This document shows positions 17,816-25,897 of a DNA stretch of 64,000 nucleotides, in pieces. The translations under genes and the position numbers were made by a program. Below the pieces are notes generated by a model. The model had not been told where the DNA came from, searched no databases, and worked only from the letters and a program-made list of their open reading frames with translations. This DNA comes from Verrucomicrobiota bacterium (lineage in GTDB: Bacteria; Verrucomicrobiota; Verrucomicrobiia; Chthoniobacterales; UBA10450). Position 1 is the stretch's first letter. The number at the start of each line of letters is the position of its first letter. Location: NCBI GenBank assembly GCA_041167085.1, contig JBEEGV010000028.1:2463-66462 (forward strand), written 5' to 3'.

Positions 17816-20800
17816 TTAGCGACGCGGCTTCGCGGTCGGAGCAGTTTTCGATTCGACTCTTGGGGTTGCGCGCGCCGAACCTTCCAGAACTGGTGAAGGA
17901 GTCGGTGAAGGTAGCGAAAGCGGCGTGACCAGGGCGCCGCGCTTTGTCGTCAATACACCGCCGGAAAGAGTGACGTCTTCCACGCGGTACAACTCCGGCC
18001 TCCGTCGAACATCGAGATCTTTGGCATCGGAAAATGTCGAGCGGCGGTAAAAGCGATCCATCTCGTCCAGATGAAACGGACGAGCCCCGCGCCGGCCAAA
18101 GACCACCGTTTGTCCACCGGTTTCATCAACCACGCGATCGCGTTCAAGGCCGCGCGAAACGCAGATCGCTTCACCCTTGGTGTGATAAGTGGCAATTAAT
18201 TTTGGATTGGGTCGTGGACTGAATCCCTGCGCGCCCCGAACCGTATCCGGCGAAATTAATTGAAGAACGCGCAGACCGTTTTTTCCATCGGCGACCAGCG
18301 CGAATTGCGACGCGCTTACGCTTCCAACCTGGACGGCGCGAGTATCGTTCATCGCTCCGTCCGCGTTGAACATTTGATCGAGCCGCGGCGCTTCAGGGTT
18401 CTCAATATCGACAATGGCAAGTCCCTCCGGTCCATTGGCGACATAGGCGTAGGTTCGCGCTACATAGAGACGGCCCGCGCGATTCAGCCTGACGCCAGCG
18501 CTTTTTAGTGGAACGGGATGATCCGGCTCGGTGATATCGAGAACTTTCAAGCCGTCATCATCGGTGACAAAGGCGTAACGAAATTGCACGGCAACGCATC
18601 GAGGGTTGCGCAGAAAACCGTCCACCACCTGGCCGACAATCTGCGGATGCATTGGATCGCTCACATTAACGACAAATAGACCGCGCGGAGTAGTGAGATA
18701 GAGACGATGACCCGCGGCCGCGACAAATGTGGCGCCGGTCAATGCCCCGCCCGGATTGAAAACGACATCCTTCTTCAGGAAATTATTGTCAGGGTTACCA
18801 TCGACCAGCGTGGCGACATTGATGATGACAAGGCCTTCTTGTCGATCGGAGACGTAAACAAAAGCGTAGAACAGATCGATCGGTTGTTCTTCGTTTTCCG
18901 GAAGGTGTAAGCGGGCGGGATCGAGCGCGAGCGTGCTCGGCAGCGCAACCGAGGTCGCATCGGGCGTGTGCACATAAGTGCGTTGCCCGAGCGGCGAGAC
19001 CGGCGAAGTGACGATGCGTTCGGAAAATCCCTTTTGGTCGATGTTCGCAACGTCGAATGCTTCGAATCCGCCGGGGCCGTTCGCGGTGTAAAGATATTCT
19101 CCGCGAAGAACGATGTCCTGAATGTCGTTCCCGGAATGTTCGTATGCCTCCTCTAACTCGGAGCCGCGCCCAAGATGCTTTTGGTAGTTTGCCGGATAAG
19201 CAATTGACTGCAGATGACTTCCAATGACCGCCTGCGGTTCGTCCGCTTCGGTCCAAACGACGGCGTGTACTCCTTCACGGCCCTCGCCGACGTAGGCATA
19301 GCGACCGAAAAAATTGACCGTGCCGGTGCCGAATCCTAACAATTGCGCCATCCACGCATTGTTGTCGTTTTCCTGCGACAGGTGGCAATCCGTGCAATTC
19401 TTGGTTGTACCGACGCTCGAAGTGGTGTGCGGAAAATGCGGATTGAACGCCTGCCCGCTGTAGCCTTCAGCTGAAAAAGTCTGTTGCTGCGAATAAACCC
19501 ATTCGCGATTCGCATTTTGGGAACTCACCACCACCGCGCTCGACGATCGAATAACAGCCATTCGATGTTTCTTTACCGTCCCGTCGATGCCGAGCATGAA
19601 AACGTCGTCCCGCACGACCTGCGGATTATAAGTGGTAAAGTTGCGATCGGTTACGCCTTCAAACTTATTCTGCGGCACCCGCTGATTCGCTTTCATGGGT
19701 AAATGACACCCAAAACAGCTCGTGGCCCATGAGGTGTGACAAATCTGGCAATCCATCGCCGAATTATCGTGCGCGAGATGGACGCGGCGGTCCGATTCCG
19801 GGGAGCGCACGCCACTGGCGTGCGTGTCGCGGCGACTCGCCGCGATATCTTCGGTTGGCGAGTCGCCAACCGGGGCGCGCGAGTCGCGTGCGCTCCCAAG
19901 AACAGGAACAAGTCCACCCCAGGTCGTACCATCACGTCTCAATGTTTTCGCGTAGGCCGATTTTGGATTGTAGTGCGGCGACAGTGGATTAATCGTGTCG
20001 ACCGTTTGCGGGATCTCCCAGCGCACGTCGGGCGACATGGTGGACTGTTGATAAAGAGCGCTTCCTTCCCAGGTAAACCGCGGGCCGAACGGTGTGTTGC
20101 TATTGTTGAGTAAATCAAATTCTCCGGCGTTGCCCGAAGTCATCAGGGTGGGCCTCTGGTCGATGGTGCCGTGGCAATCAACGCAAGTGATGGTCGTGGC
20201 GTTGCGGGGCTCGCCGTAAAGCATCCCGTTGCCGTGGACGTCGACGTTGAAATGGCAATCCGCGCACTGCATTCCGTGTGCGAGATGCACGTCTTTCAGG
20301 TGGACAGCTTTCGAAAATTTGTGCGGATCCTTATCGTCGATTCGATTGTCATCGAGGTCGAGCAGGTTGCCTTTGCGATCGTGCTTGAAGACCGCGCGAA
20401 AGACCCAGCCGTGTCCGTGGTAGTCGGCGAACTGGGTATGTTTCAGTTGCGGATTTAATTCGGCGACACGATCGAGAAAATCCTTGTCCCCCCAAAGTCC
20501 GCGCGCGGCCGCCGCTTCGGGATTTTCCAATGTCGATCGCACAAGTTCCGCGCTGGTCGGGTCGTGCTGCTCGGCCGGATACATTAGCTCGCCGTCGGTT
20601 TCCTGATCCCACCAGGTGTAACCGAGATAAGGATTCACAAAGAGATTTCCCTGATGCATGTGGCAGTTCATGCACTGACTCGAAGGAATCGAACGCGTGA
20701 ATTGATGAACAATGGGATGCCCTCGCTCGGACTTTGGAATTGTTTGGTCGGCGGTGAAACTCAAACCCTCGTGACCATATTTGCTCCACCAGCCGGAATT

Positions 20801-21844
20801 CGTGGGCGATCGATCGTTGGCGTAAACGACGTGGCATGCCGAACATCCGCTTGATCGATAATCGCCCGGGTGATCGTTCGATCCCAGAAAACCCAGGAGT
20901 GGATCGTGCAGTCGCGTTTTTTGCAGTCCGAGAAAAACTGGATCTGTGCGATTCAAGGTACCCAGTCCGCGTTCAGACAGGCGCCGCTCCGGCTTTCCAT
21001 TTGGTTCCGAACTGGTCGGTAATCCGAGGGATAGTTGCGGTCGTCCTCCTTTCTCGAAAATGCGCAGGATGTTGCCCGGATTACTCAGGTTGAATCGCGG
21101 CAGAGGTTCAATGAAAGGCAGAATACCGCGCAGGCGTGTGTCTTCGGCGCTAACCGGGGTGTAGCTGATCAACTTGAGTGGCGCACCATCGGCGCCGTAA
21201 GCCTGGCCAAAGCGGTAGTTCTTCTGCGGGTAGGCGCCGTTATTATATAGAGCAGCGCCCCAGAGCATGGCCCCGTGGTTCATCATGCTGTGATCGACGT
21301 TGCGGACGATCTCGCCGTGACATAGGCCGCAGGTATCCTTGGCCACGCGTAAGTCTCCGGGATTCATGAAACGGATGAATTCCGGCGATTCATGATTGAG
21401 CCAGACATTCGAGTTGGGCGGATTAGCCGACGTTTTCCAAAATTCCTTATTTCGCGGCAGAATATGGGCTTGCTCCTTCGTTAGGCCGCGTCCGGGGTTG
21501 CCCCCGTGACAATCGATGCAGCCGAGCACGACATGTTCGGCCTTGTGCATGGGCTCAACGCCTTGATGGCACTGCAGGCAGCCCGCACTTTTTGCGTTCG
21601 CTTCGGCCTGGGTTTGATCGATCCAATTACGCGGCGGGAGCGAGCCGTGGCTGATGGAAGTCTGGACGGGGACCGAGGTCGGTGGGCCGTAGCCATCTTC
21701 GGAAGCTCCAAATCCCAAGCTCCAAATCCCAAAGAAACACGAAACTCCAATGACCAAACTAAAACGCCAACCCGCGAAAACGCGTTTTGGAACTTGGGGA
21801 CTGGGATTTCCTTGGTGCCTGGATTTTGGTGGTTGGGGTTTCAC
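17816..21844 (-). CDS. decahaem c-type cytochrome fused to a C-terminal LVIVD-repeat beta-propeller
   Basis: Ten CxxCH motifs: CLQCH, CIDCH, CGLCH, CSACH, CMNCH, CADCH, CVDCH, CQICH, CFGCH, CTDCH. LVIVD-like blades: GLVIINVA, GLFVVNVSDP, GLKVLDITEP, GLAIVDIENP, GLRVLQLISP. N-terminal signal-like segment FSLVIGVSCFFGIWSLGFGAS. The GTG start abuts the upstream stop. Confidence 0.9.
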   Translation of the reverse strand: MKPQPPKSRHQGNPSPQVPKRVFAGWRFSLVIGVSCFFGIWSLGFGASEDGYGPPTSVPVQTSISHGSLPPRNWIDQTQAEANAKSAGCLQCHQGVEPMHKAEHVVLGCIDCHGGNPGRGLTKEQAHILPRNKEFWKTSANPPNSNVWLNHESPEFIRFMNPGDLRVAKDTCGLCHGEIVRNVDHSMMNHGAMLWGAALYNNGAYPQKNYRFGQAYGADGAPLKLISYTPVSAEDTRLRGILPFIEPLPRFNLSNPGNILRIFEKGGRPQLSLGLPTSSEPNGKPERRLSERGLGTLNRTDPVFLGLQKTRLHDPLLGFLGSNDHPGDYRSSGCSACHVVYANDRSPTNSGWWSKYGHEGLSFTADQTIPKSERGHPIVHQFTRSIPSSQCMNCHMHQGNLFVNPYLGYTWWDQETDGELMYPAEQHDPTSAELVRSTLENPEAAAARGLWGDKDFLDRVAELNPQLKHTQFADYHGHGWVFRAVFKHDRKGNLLDLDDNRIDDKDPHKFSKAVHLKDVHLAHGMQCADCHFNVDVHGNGMLYGEPRNATTITCVDCHGTIDQRPTLMTSGNAGEFDLLNNSNTPFGPRFTWEGSALYQQSTMSPDVRWEIPQTVDTINPLSPHYNPKSAYAKTLRRDGTTWGGLVPVLGSARDSRAPVGDSPTEDIAASRRDTHASGVRSPESDRRVHLAHDNSAMDCQICHTSWATSCFGCHLPMKANQRVPQNKFEGVTDRNFTTYNPQVVRDDVFMLGIDGTVKKHRMAVIRSSSAVVVSSQNANREWVYSQQQTFSAEGYSGQAFNPHFPHTTSSVGTTKNCTDCHLSQENDNNAWMAQLLGFGTGTVNFFGRYAYVGEGREGVHAVVWTEADEPQAVIGSHLQSIAYPANYQKHLGRGSELEEAYEHSGNDIQDIVLRGEYLYTANGPGGFEAFDVANIDQKGFSERIVTSPVSPLGQRTYVHTPDATSVALPSTLALDPARLHLPENEEQPIDLFYAFVYVSDRQEGLVIINVATLVDGNPDNNFLKKDVVFNPGGALTGATFVAAAGHRLYLTTPRGLFVVNVSDPMHPQIVGQVVDGFLRNPRCVAVQFRYAFVTDDDGLKVLDITEPDHPVPLKSAGVRLNRAGRLYVARTYAYVANGPEGLAIVDIENPEAPRLDQMFNADGAMNDTRAVQVGSVSASQFALVADGKNGLRVLQLISPDTVRGAQGFSPRPNPKLIATYHTKGEAICVSRGLERDRVVDETGGQTVVFGRRGARPFHLDEMDRFYRRSTFSDAKDLDVRRRPELYRVEDVTLSGGVLTTKRGALVTPLSLPSPTPSPVLEGSARATPRVESKTAPTAKPRR
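21701..21841. repeat. palindromic CCAAA/TTTGG element (same family as 6652-6900) lying inside the 5' end of the cytochrome CDS
   Basis: ggaagctccaaatcccaagctccaaatcccaaag... and ...ttttggaacttggggactgggatttccttggtgcctggattttggtgg. It shares ggaagctccaa, ttggaacttgg and gggatttc(y)ttgg with the 6.7-kb copy. Confidence 0.75.
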
Positions 21845-23914
21845 TTAGTAAGTGAGCGTCACCGTCACGATCCCGCTATAAAGAAAATCATCGACATGCG
21901 CGGGCGGTGGCTGGGGATATCCATGAACCGGCACGGTGTTTGCCCGATAAATATCCTTGTAGCCCTGCCGCGGAATGAGAAACCCGGCCCCGGCTGTGAT
22001 GATAATGTTTTCGGTGAGCAACGGCCGCCATTCGAATCCCGCGCTGAAATCGAGCGCGAAATCGTTGCTCGCGTGATTAGTGAAAAGGACGAGTGCCGTC
22101 GGCTCGGTCGTGACGGTCCGGATGTAATTGACGTTGATGAAACTCTTCAGTTTCGGTGTCACGTCTGCATCCAGCCCGTAACCGAAGAGCAGCGTGCCCG
22201 GGTTGACGAAATTGGCCTGGCCTTCCGTCTTGCTCGTTCGAAAGTCGACCACCAAACTGTCGCGCTGCTTAAAATTGACCGCCGTGCCGGCAAGATTGAA
22301 GCCCTGATGCGAGTAATAGCTGAATGGCCCGCCGATAAAAAATGGCCGATCCAGCACGGTATCGAAACCGGTCGCATGCGAATCGGTCGGATTGGAGTCT
22401 CCGCTCGCGTAAAACACCGATAGCTTGTGGCGCAGCCAATTCTTGTCGACCGAGACTTCGAGTGCGGCCATTTGTCCGTTGATGTCAACGCGCTGCCCGG
22501 CGATGCCGTTCAGACTGTCCTCACCCAGGACCTGATAAAAGGCATGATCGATGTTGAGCCAGCCGATATGTCCATCACCGGCCCAGCCCAGGTAATAAGC
22601 CTGGACATAATGATCGGCCACTGTGCCGATCGGCTCCGGCCGCGTGATGAAACCGTTCTTGTCGTAATGCCGGCTGTTATTATCGAAGTCGCCGACAAAA
22701 CTTAGTTCGCCGGTATAACCTTTCCAGATCAGATCCTGTCGAAAAACATTCGCCGCGTAAACCTGCTGGTCGCGTCGGCTGAATTCGTTCAGATCCGAAT
22801 ACGTGTCCTTCTCCAGCATATCGAACGCGGCGACATTGTATTGCCACCGGTTGTTGTCGTAGTTGCCGAAAATCCGCACGCCCAGATTCGTGTCGTTGAA
22901 AATGAATCCGCGAAAATCGCTGACGAACGGTTGAATACCGGCGCGCGATGAAACGAAATCGTAATTGTTCGACAGATCTCGCACGTGAATTTCGGCAAAG
23001 GCTTCCTGTAACGAGACGAATTCTTTTTCCCGCGTTGTCCCTTGTTGCGGGTTGGGATTGACGACATTCCTTTCCTCCACATCGATGTAGTTGTGGTTGT
23101 AAACCCCAAGTAATCGCACCGCCCATTCCACCGGTTTGAACGCGGTCTCGCCTTTGAAAAGATCGATACCGATGGAGAAATCGTTCGACCAAAAATCCTG
23201 TTCGCTCCGTCCGAAAAATTCCGAGCTGTTCGGTCGCTCCGAGCTGACGCCGCTTGGAGTGGGGAGGCGCCGGACTTCAAACTGGAAAAAATTCTCCGCG
23301 GTCAGATTGAGGAAAATGTCCTGGCCGTAAATCGGTGCGTCGCCTTTGAGTTCACTCTGCAGGTACGGATGCCAGAGTTTTAAATCGGATTGGTAAGGGG
23401 TCTCGGTTGAAGGATCGGCGTATCGTTTCCAGCGCCCGAAACCGATGAACCAACGATTGGGAACTGGTTGGGAAGAGGGCAGGAGACCTTCACCGTTTTC
23501 CGACTCAGGATAGGTCTCGTACTCGAGTTTTCTGCGGCGCGGTACTGTTTGGCGAACGCCTTTGCGCGGCAGTGCCAGCGAACGCGGCAACGCTTCTTCA
23601 CCATAATCCGGAAGTTGTGGCAGAATCGGCGGGAACAATTCCGGCGGTGGCGCTTCCTCTTCGATGTCGCGCGTAGAAGCGCCGGGATCCGGATTAAACT
23701 CGGCCGGCGGCAAGGGCGGTTGTGCGACATCGTTTTGATTGGCCTCGGTCACGACGGTGACCTGTGCGACCGAGACATTCTGCGGTCTGGCAGCCGCGCG
23801 CGAAATCTCGACTGTTTGTCCGCGCACGCACGTTGCGCTTCCCACGAGCAGGAGTGCCGTCGTGAGCATTCGACGCAAACTCGCGCCAGCGGGCGAGCGA
23901 GCAAACCAGCGCAT
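21845..23914 (-). CDS. large outer-membrane beta-barrel protein (porin-like), function unknown
   Basis: Signal-like MRWFARSPAGASLRRMLTTALLLVGSATC. Pro/Glu-rich linker. Long Y/F/N/D/G-rich region with alternating hydrophobicity. C-terminus ...SGIVTVTLTY (terminal aromatic). The ORF is open to 23953. Confidence 0.7.
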   Translation of the reverse strand: MRWFARSPAGASLRRMLTTALLLVGSATCVRGQTVEISRAAARPQNVSVAQVTVVTEANQNDVAQPPLPPAEFNPDPGASTRDIEEEAPPPELFPPILPQLPDYGEEALPRSLALPRKGVRQTVPRRRKLEYETYPESENGEGLLPSSQPVPNRWFIGFGRWKRYADPSTETPYQSDLKLWHPYLQSELKGDAPIYGQDIFLNLTAENFFQFEVRRLPTPSGVSSERPNSSEFFGRSEQDFWSNDFSIGIDLFKGETAFKPVEWAVRLLGVYNHNYIDVEERNVVNPNPQQGTTREKEFVSLQEAFAEIHVRDLSNNYDFVSSRAGIQPFVSDFRGFIFNDTNLGVRIFGNYDNNRWQYNVAAFDMLEKDTYSDLNEFSRRDQQVYAANVFRQDLIWKGYTGELSFVGDFDNNSRHYDKNGFITRPEPIGTVADHYVQAYYLGWAGDGHIGWLNIDHAFYQVLGEDSLNGIAGQRVDINGQMAALEVSVDKNWLRHKLSVFYASGDSNPTDSHATGFDTVLDRPFFIGGPFSYYSHQGFNLAGTAVNFKQRDSLVVDFRTSKTEGQANFVNPGTLLFGYGLDADVTPKLKSFINVNYIRTVTTEPTALVLFTNHASNDFALDFSAGFEWRPLLTENIIITAGAGFLIPRQGYKDIYRANTVPVHGYPQPPPAHVDDFLYSGIVTVTLTY

Positions 23915-24046
23915 GGGAGGGCGAGGATGCCGGAAAAGGACGGTTATTGGCAAGCTTCCCTGTAGAAAGAGGGCAGCCGGTGGCTACCCCGCCAGCGATC
24001 GACCCTGGTTCCGCGAGTCACAGGTGGATCGAGTTCTCCGCAGCTC

Positions 24047-24120
24047 GATGCTAATAATGGCGGCGAAGCCGCTAAAATTTACCAACGCGCTCGGAGATCG
24101 CGTTCCACCTTGAAGGGACA
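24047..24120 (+). repeat. conserved ~70-nt non-coding element (copy A), upstream of the GlcG-like gene
   Basis: gatgctaataatggcggcgaagccgctaaaatttaccaacgcgctcggagatcgcgttccacctt aligns with 55499-55566. A 1-nt indel breaks any common reading frame. Confidence 0.8.
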
Positions 24121-24182
24121 TGCGCCCTGGCCACAGGCCCGGTTGCTACAGAACTCAAGAACTGATAAGAGACATTCCCGGC

Positions 24183-25838
24183 ATGAAGCTTCGCGCAACG
24201 CTGTTTCCTCTCGCCTTCTACGCGGTCGTTTCCTCCGCGCACGCCCAGCTTACCGTCACGGACGTTCAGAATATAATCAATCACGCGGTGACACGTGCGG
24301 TCAAGGTTTCGCCAAACAGCGTGATCGCAGTAACCGATCGCGAAGGGTATGTGCTCGGAGTTTGGGTTGTTCGCGGTGGCTCGGCAACGGCGGCCGAGAT
24401 TGCCACAGCCGTCAGCAAGGCCGGGACGTCTGCGTTCTTGAGTAGCAATCAGAACGCGTTCACCTCGCGCACGGCCGGTTTCATTATCCAGCAGCATTTT
24501 CCACCGGGTGTTAACAACACCGCAACCGGTCCGCTGGTCGGTGTCGGACTTTCCAATCTTTTTATCTCGGATGTGAATCGGTTTAAGAAGACCGATCTGA
24601 TTCCCTGCCCGCCGGGAAGTACATCGCCTGGTGTATTTGGATCGCCCATTGCCTTTACGTCGCTGGACGGTTCTCCCGGCGGAGTTCCCCTTTATAAGAA
24701 TGGCGTCCTGGTGGGAGGGGTTGGCGTGACGGGCGATGGCACCCCGCAACCGGCCATTCCGTTTGTTCCATCAGCGACCTTACCTCCGCTGCCCGCCTGC
24801 ACGCTGGCTTCTATTCCACTCGTGCCCATAGCGCGCGACGAGAATCCCTTCATTTATATAAGCGGCTACGACAAGGACGAAGATGTCGCGCTCGCCGGTC
24901 AGAAGGGATTCGCGCCTTCGGCCGGCATCACGGCCAACAATGTCTTCATCAACGGCATTCGACTGGCCTACGTGGCCTCAACCACCAAGAACGCAAAGAA
25001 CATTGCTTTGCAGGGAAATGCTGACCCGGGATTTCCTATTGTCGGTGCGCCGCCGCCATTTCCCTACGTGGTTGCGACATTCGGTGGCGTCACGGGCCAG
25101 ATTCGGCAACCGATCATGGGCGACCCGTTAGTCGCGTCGATCAACGGACAGCCGCGTCTCAATGCGACAGAAGTAGCAAGCATCATTGATTTCGCGGCTC
25201 AGCGGGTGAAAATCACGCGCGCCGGGATTCGCCTACCGATTGGAACACAGATGCAGGTTTTCATCACGGTCGTGAACAATCCGGACATGGACAACGCGGC
25301 TCCGACCGTCCTTGGGACATTTCGGACCGGCGAAGCTACTCTGTTTAGCTGGGACGTAGCCGTGCAAAAGGCGCGGACTACGCTTTTTTACACGCGGCAC
25401 GATTTTCTGGGGTTCGGCTTGAATGTCGCGATGTCGACCCGGGCGGTTGGTTTTCTGGCCCAACGTTTTTATCCACCCGGCATCGACGGGAACCCTCCCG
25501 GACCATTCTTCACCGACCAGGATAAGTTATCCGGCTTTGCCGGCACGGAGCCTAACGTCACTTTCACCGGAATGGCCGGGACCACGCCGATGCGCAATGG
25601 CATCATTCCCGATCTGCCTAACGGCATTACGATTTTTCCCGGCGGCTTTCCACTCTATCGCAACGGCGCGTTGATCGGTGCAATAGGGGTCAGCGGTGAC
25701 GGCGTCGACCAGGACGACATCGTCGGCGCTTCCGGCACGCATGATTTTCTCGCACCCGACGCGATCCGTTCCGACCAGTTCTCCTTCCGCAGCACGCGCC
25801 TTCCCTACGCAAAATTTCCACGCGACCCCGGCCGATAA
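24183..25838 (+). CDS. secreted protein with two GlcG/HbpS-like (DUF336, haem-binding-type) domains
   Basis: Signal peptide MKLRATLFPLAFYAVVSSAHA. The DUF336 signature occurs twice: GGVPLYKNGVLVGGVGVTGDG and GGFPLYRNGALIGAIGVSGDGVDQDD. Confidence 0.7.
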   Translation: MKLRATLFPLAFYAVVSSAHAQLTVTDVQNIINHAVTRAVKVSPNSVIAVTDREGYVLGVWVVRGGSATAAEIATAVSKAGTSAFLSSNQNAFTSRTAGFIIQQHFPPGVNNTATGPLVGVGLSNLFISDVNRFKKTDLIPCPPGSTSPGVFGSPIAFTSLDGSPGGVPLYKNGVLVGGVGVTGDGTPQPAIPFVPSATLPPLPACTLASIPLVPIARDENPFIYISGYDKDEDVALAGQKGFAPSAGITANNVFINGIRLAYVASTTKNAKNIALQGNADPGFPIVGAPPPFPYVVATFGGVTGQIRQPIMGDPLVASINGQPRLNATEVASIIDFAAQRVKITRAGIRLPIGTQMQVFITVVNNPDMDNAAPTVLGTFRTGEATLFSWDVAVQKARTTLFYTRHDFLGFGLNVAMSTRAVGFLAQRFYPPGIDGNPPGPFFTDQDKLSGFAGTEPNVTFTGMAGTTPMRNGIIPDLPNGITIFPGGFPLYRNGALIGAIGVSGDGVDQDDIVGASGTHDFLAPDAIRSDQFSFRSTRLPYAKFPRDPGR

Positions 25839-25897
25839 GATCAGCCAGTCGACATAATGGCTTGTCAGCCAAGGTATAACCTGATACGACTGAGCCC

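Noticed and set aside
17816-21844. Direct homology of the decahaem protein to MtrA/MtrC/OmcA-type cytochromes
   Set aside because: Only the haem count matches. Haem spacing and protein length are very different, and I cannot establish homology by eye. The call is limited to multihaem cytochrome c.
21506-22423. 305-aa plus-strand ORF spanning the cytochrome/barrel junction
   Set aside because: It is antisense to two strongly supported genes. Its composition is typical of a shadow frame.
23739-24113. ORFs ending or starting with MLIMAAKP... (also 55290-55652)
   Set aside because: The two loci share nucleotide sequence, but a 1-nt indel puts the downstream parts in different frames. The conservation is therefore not at peptide level. 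I treat it as a non-coding element.
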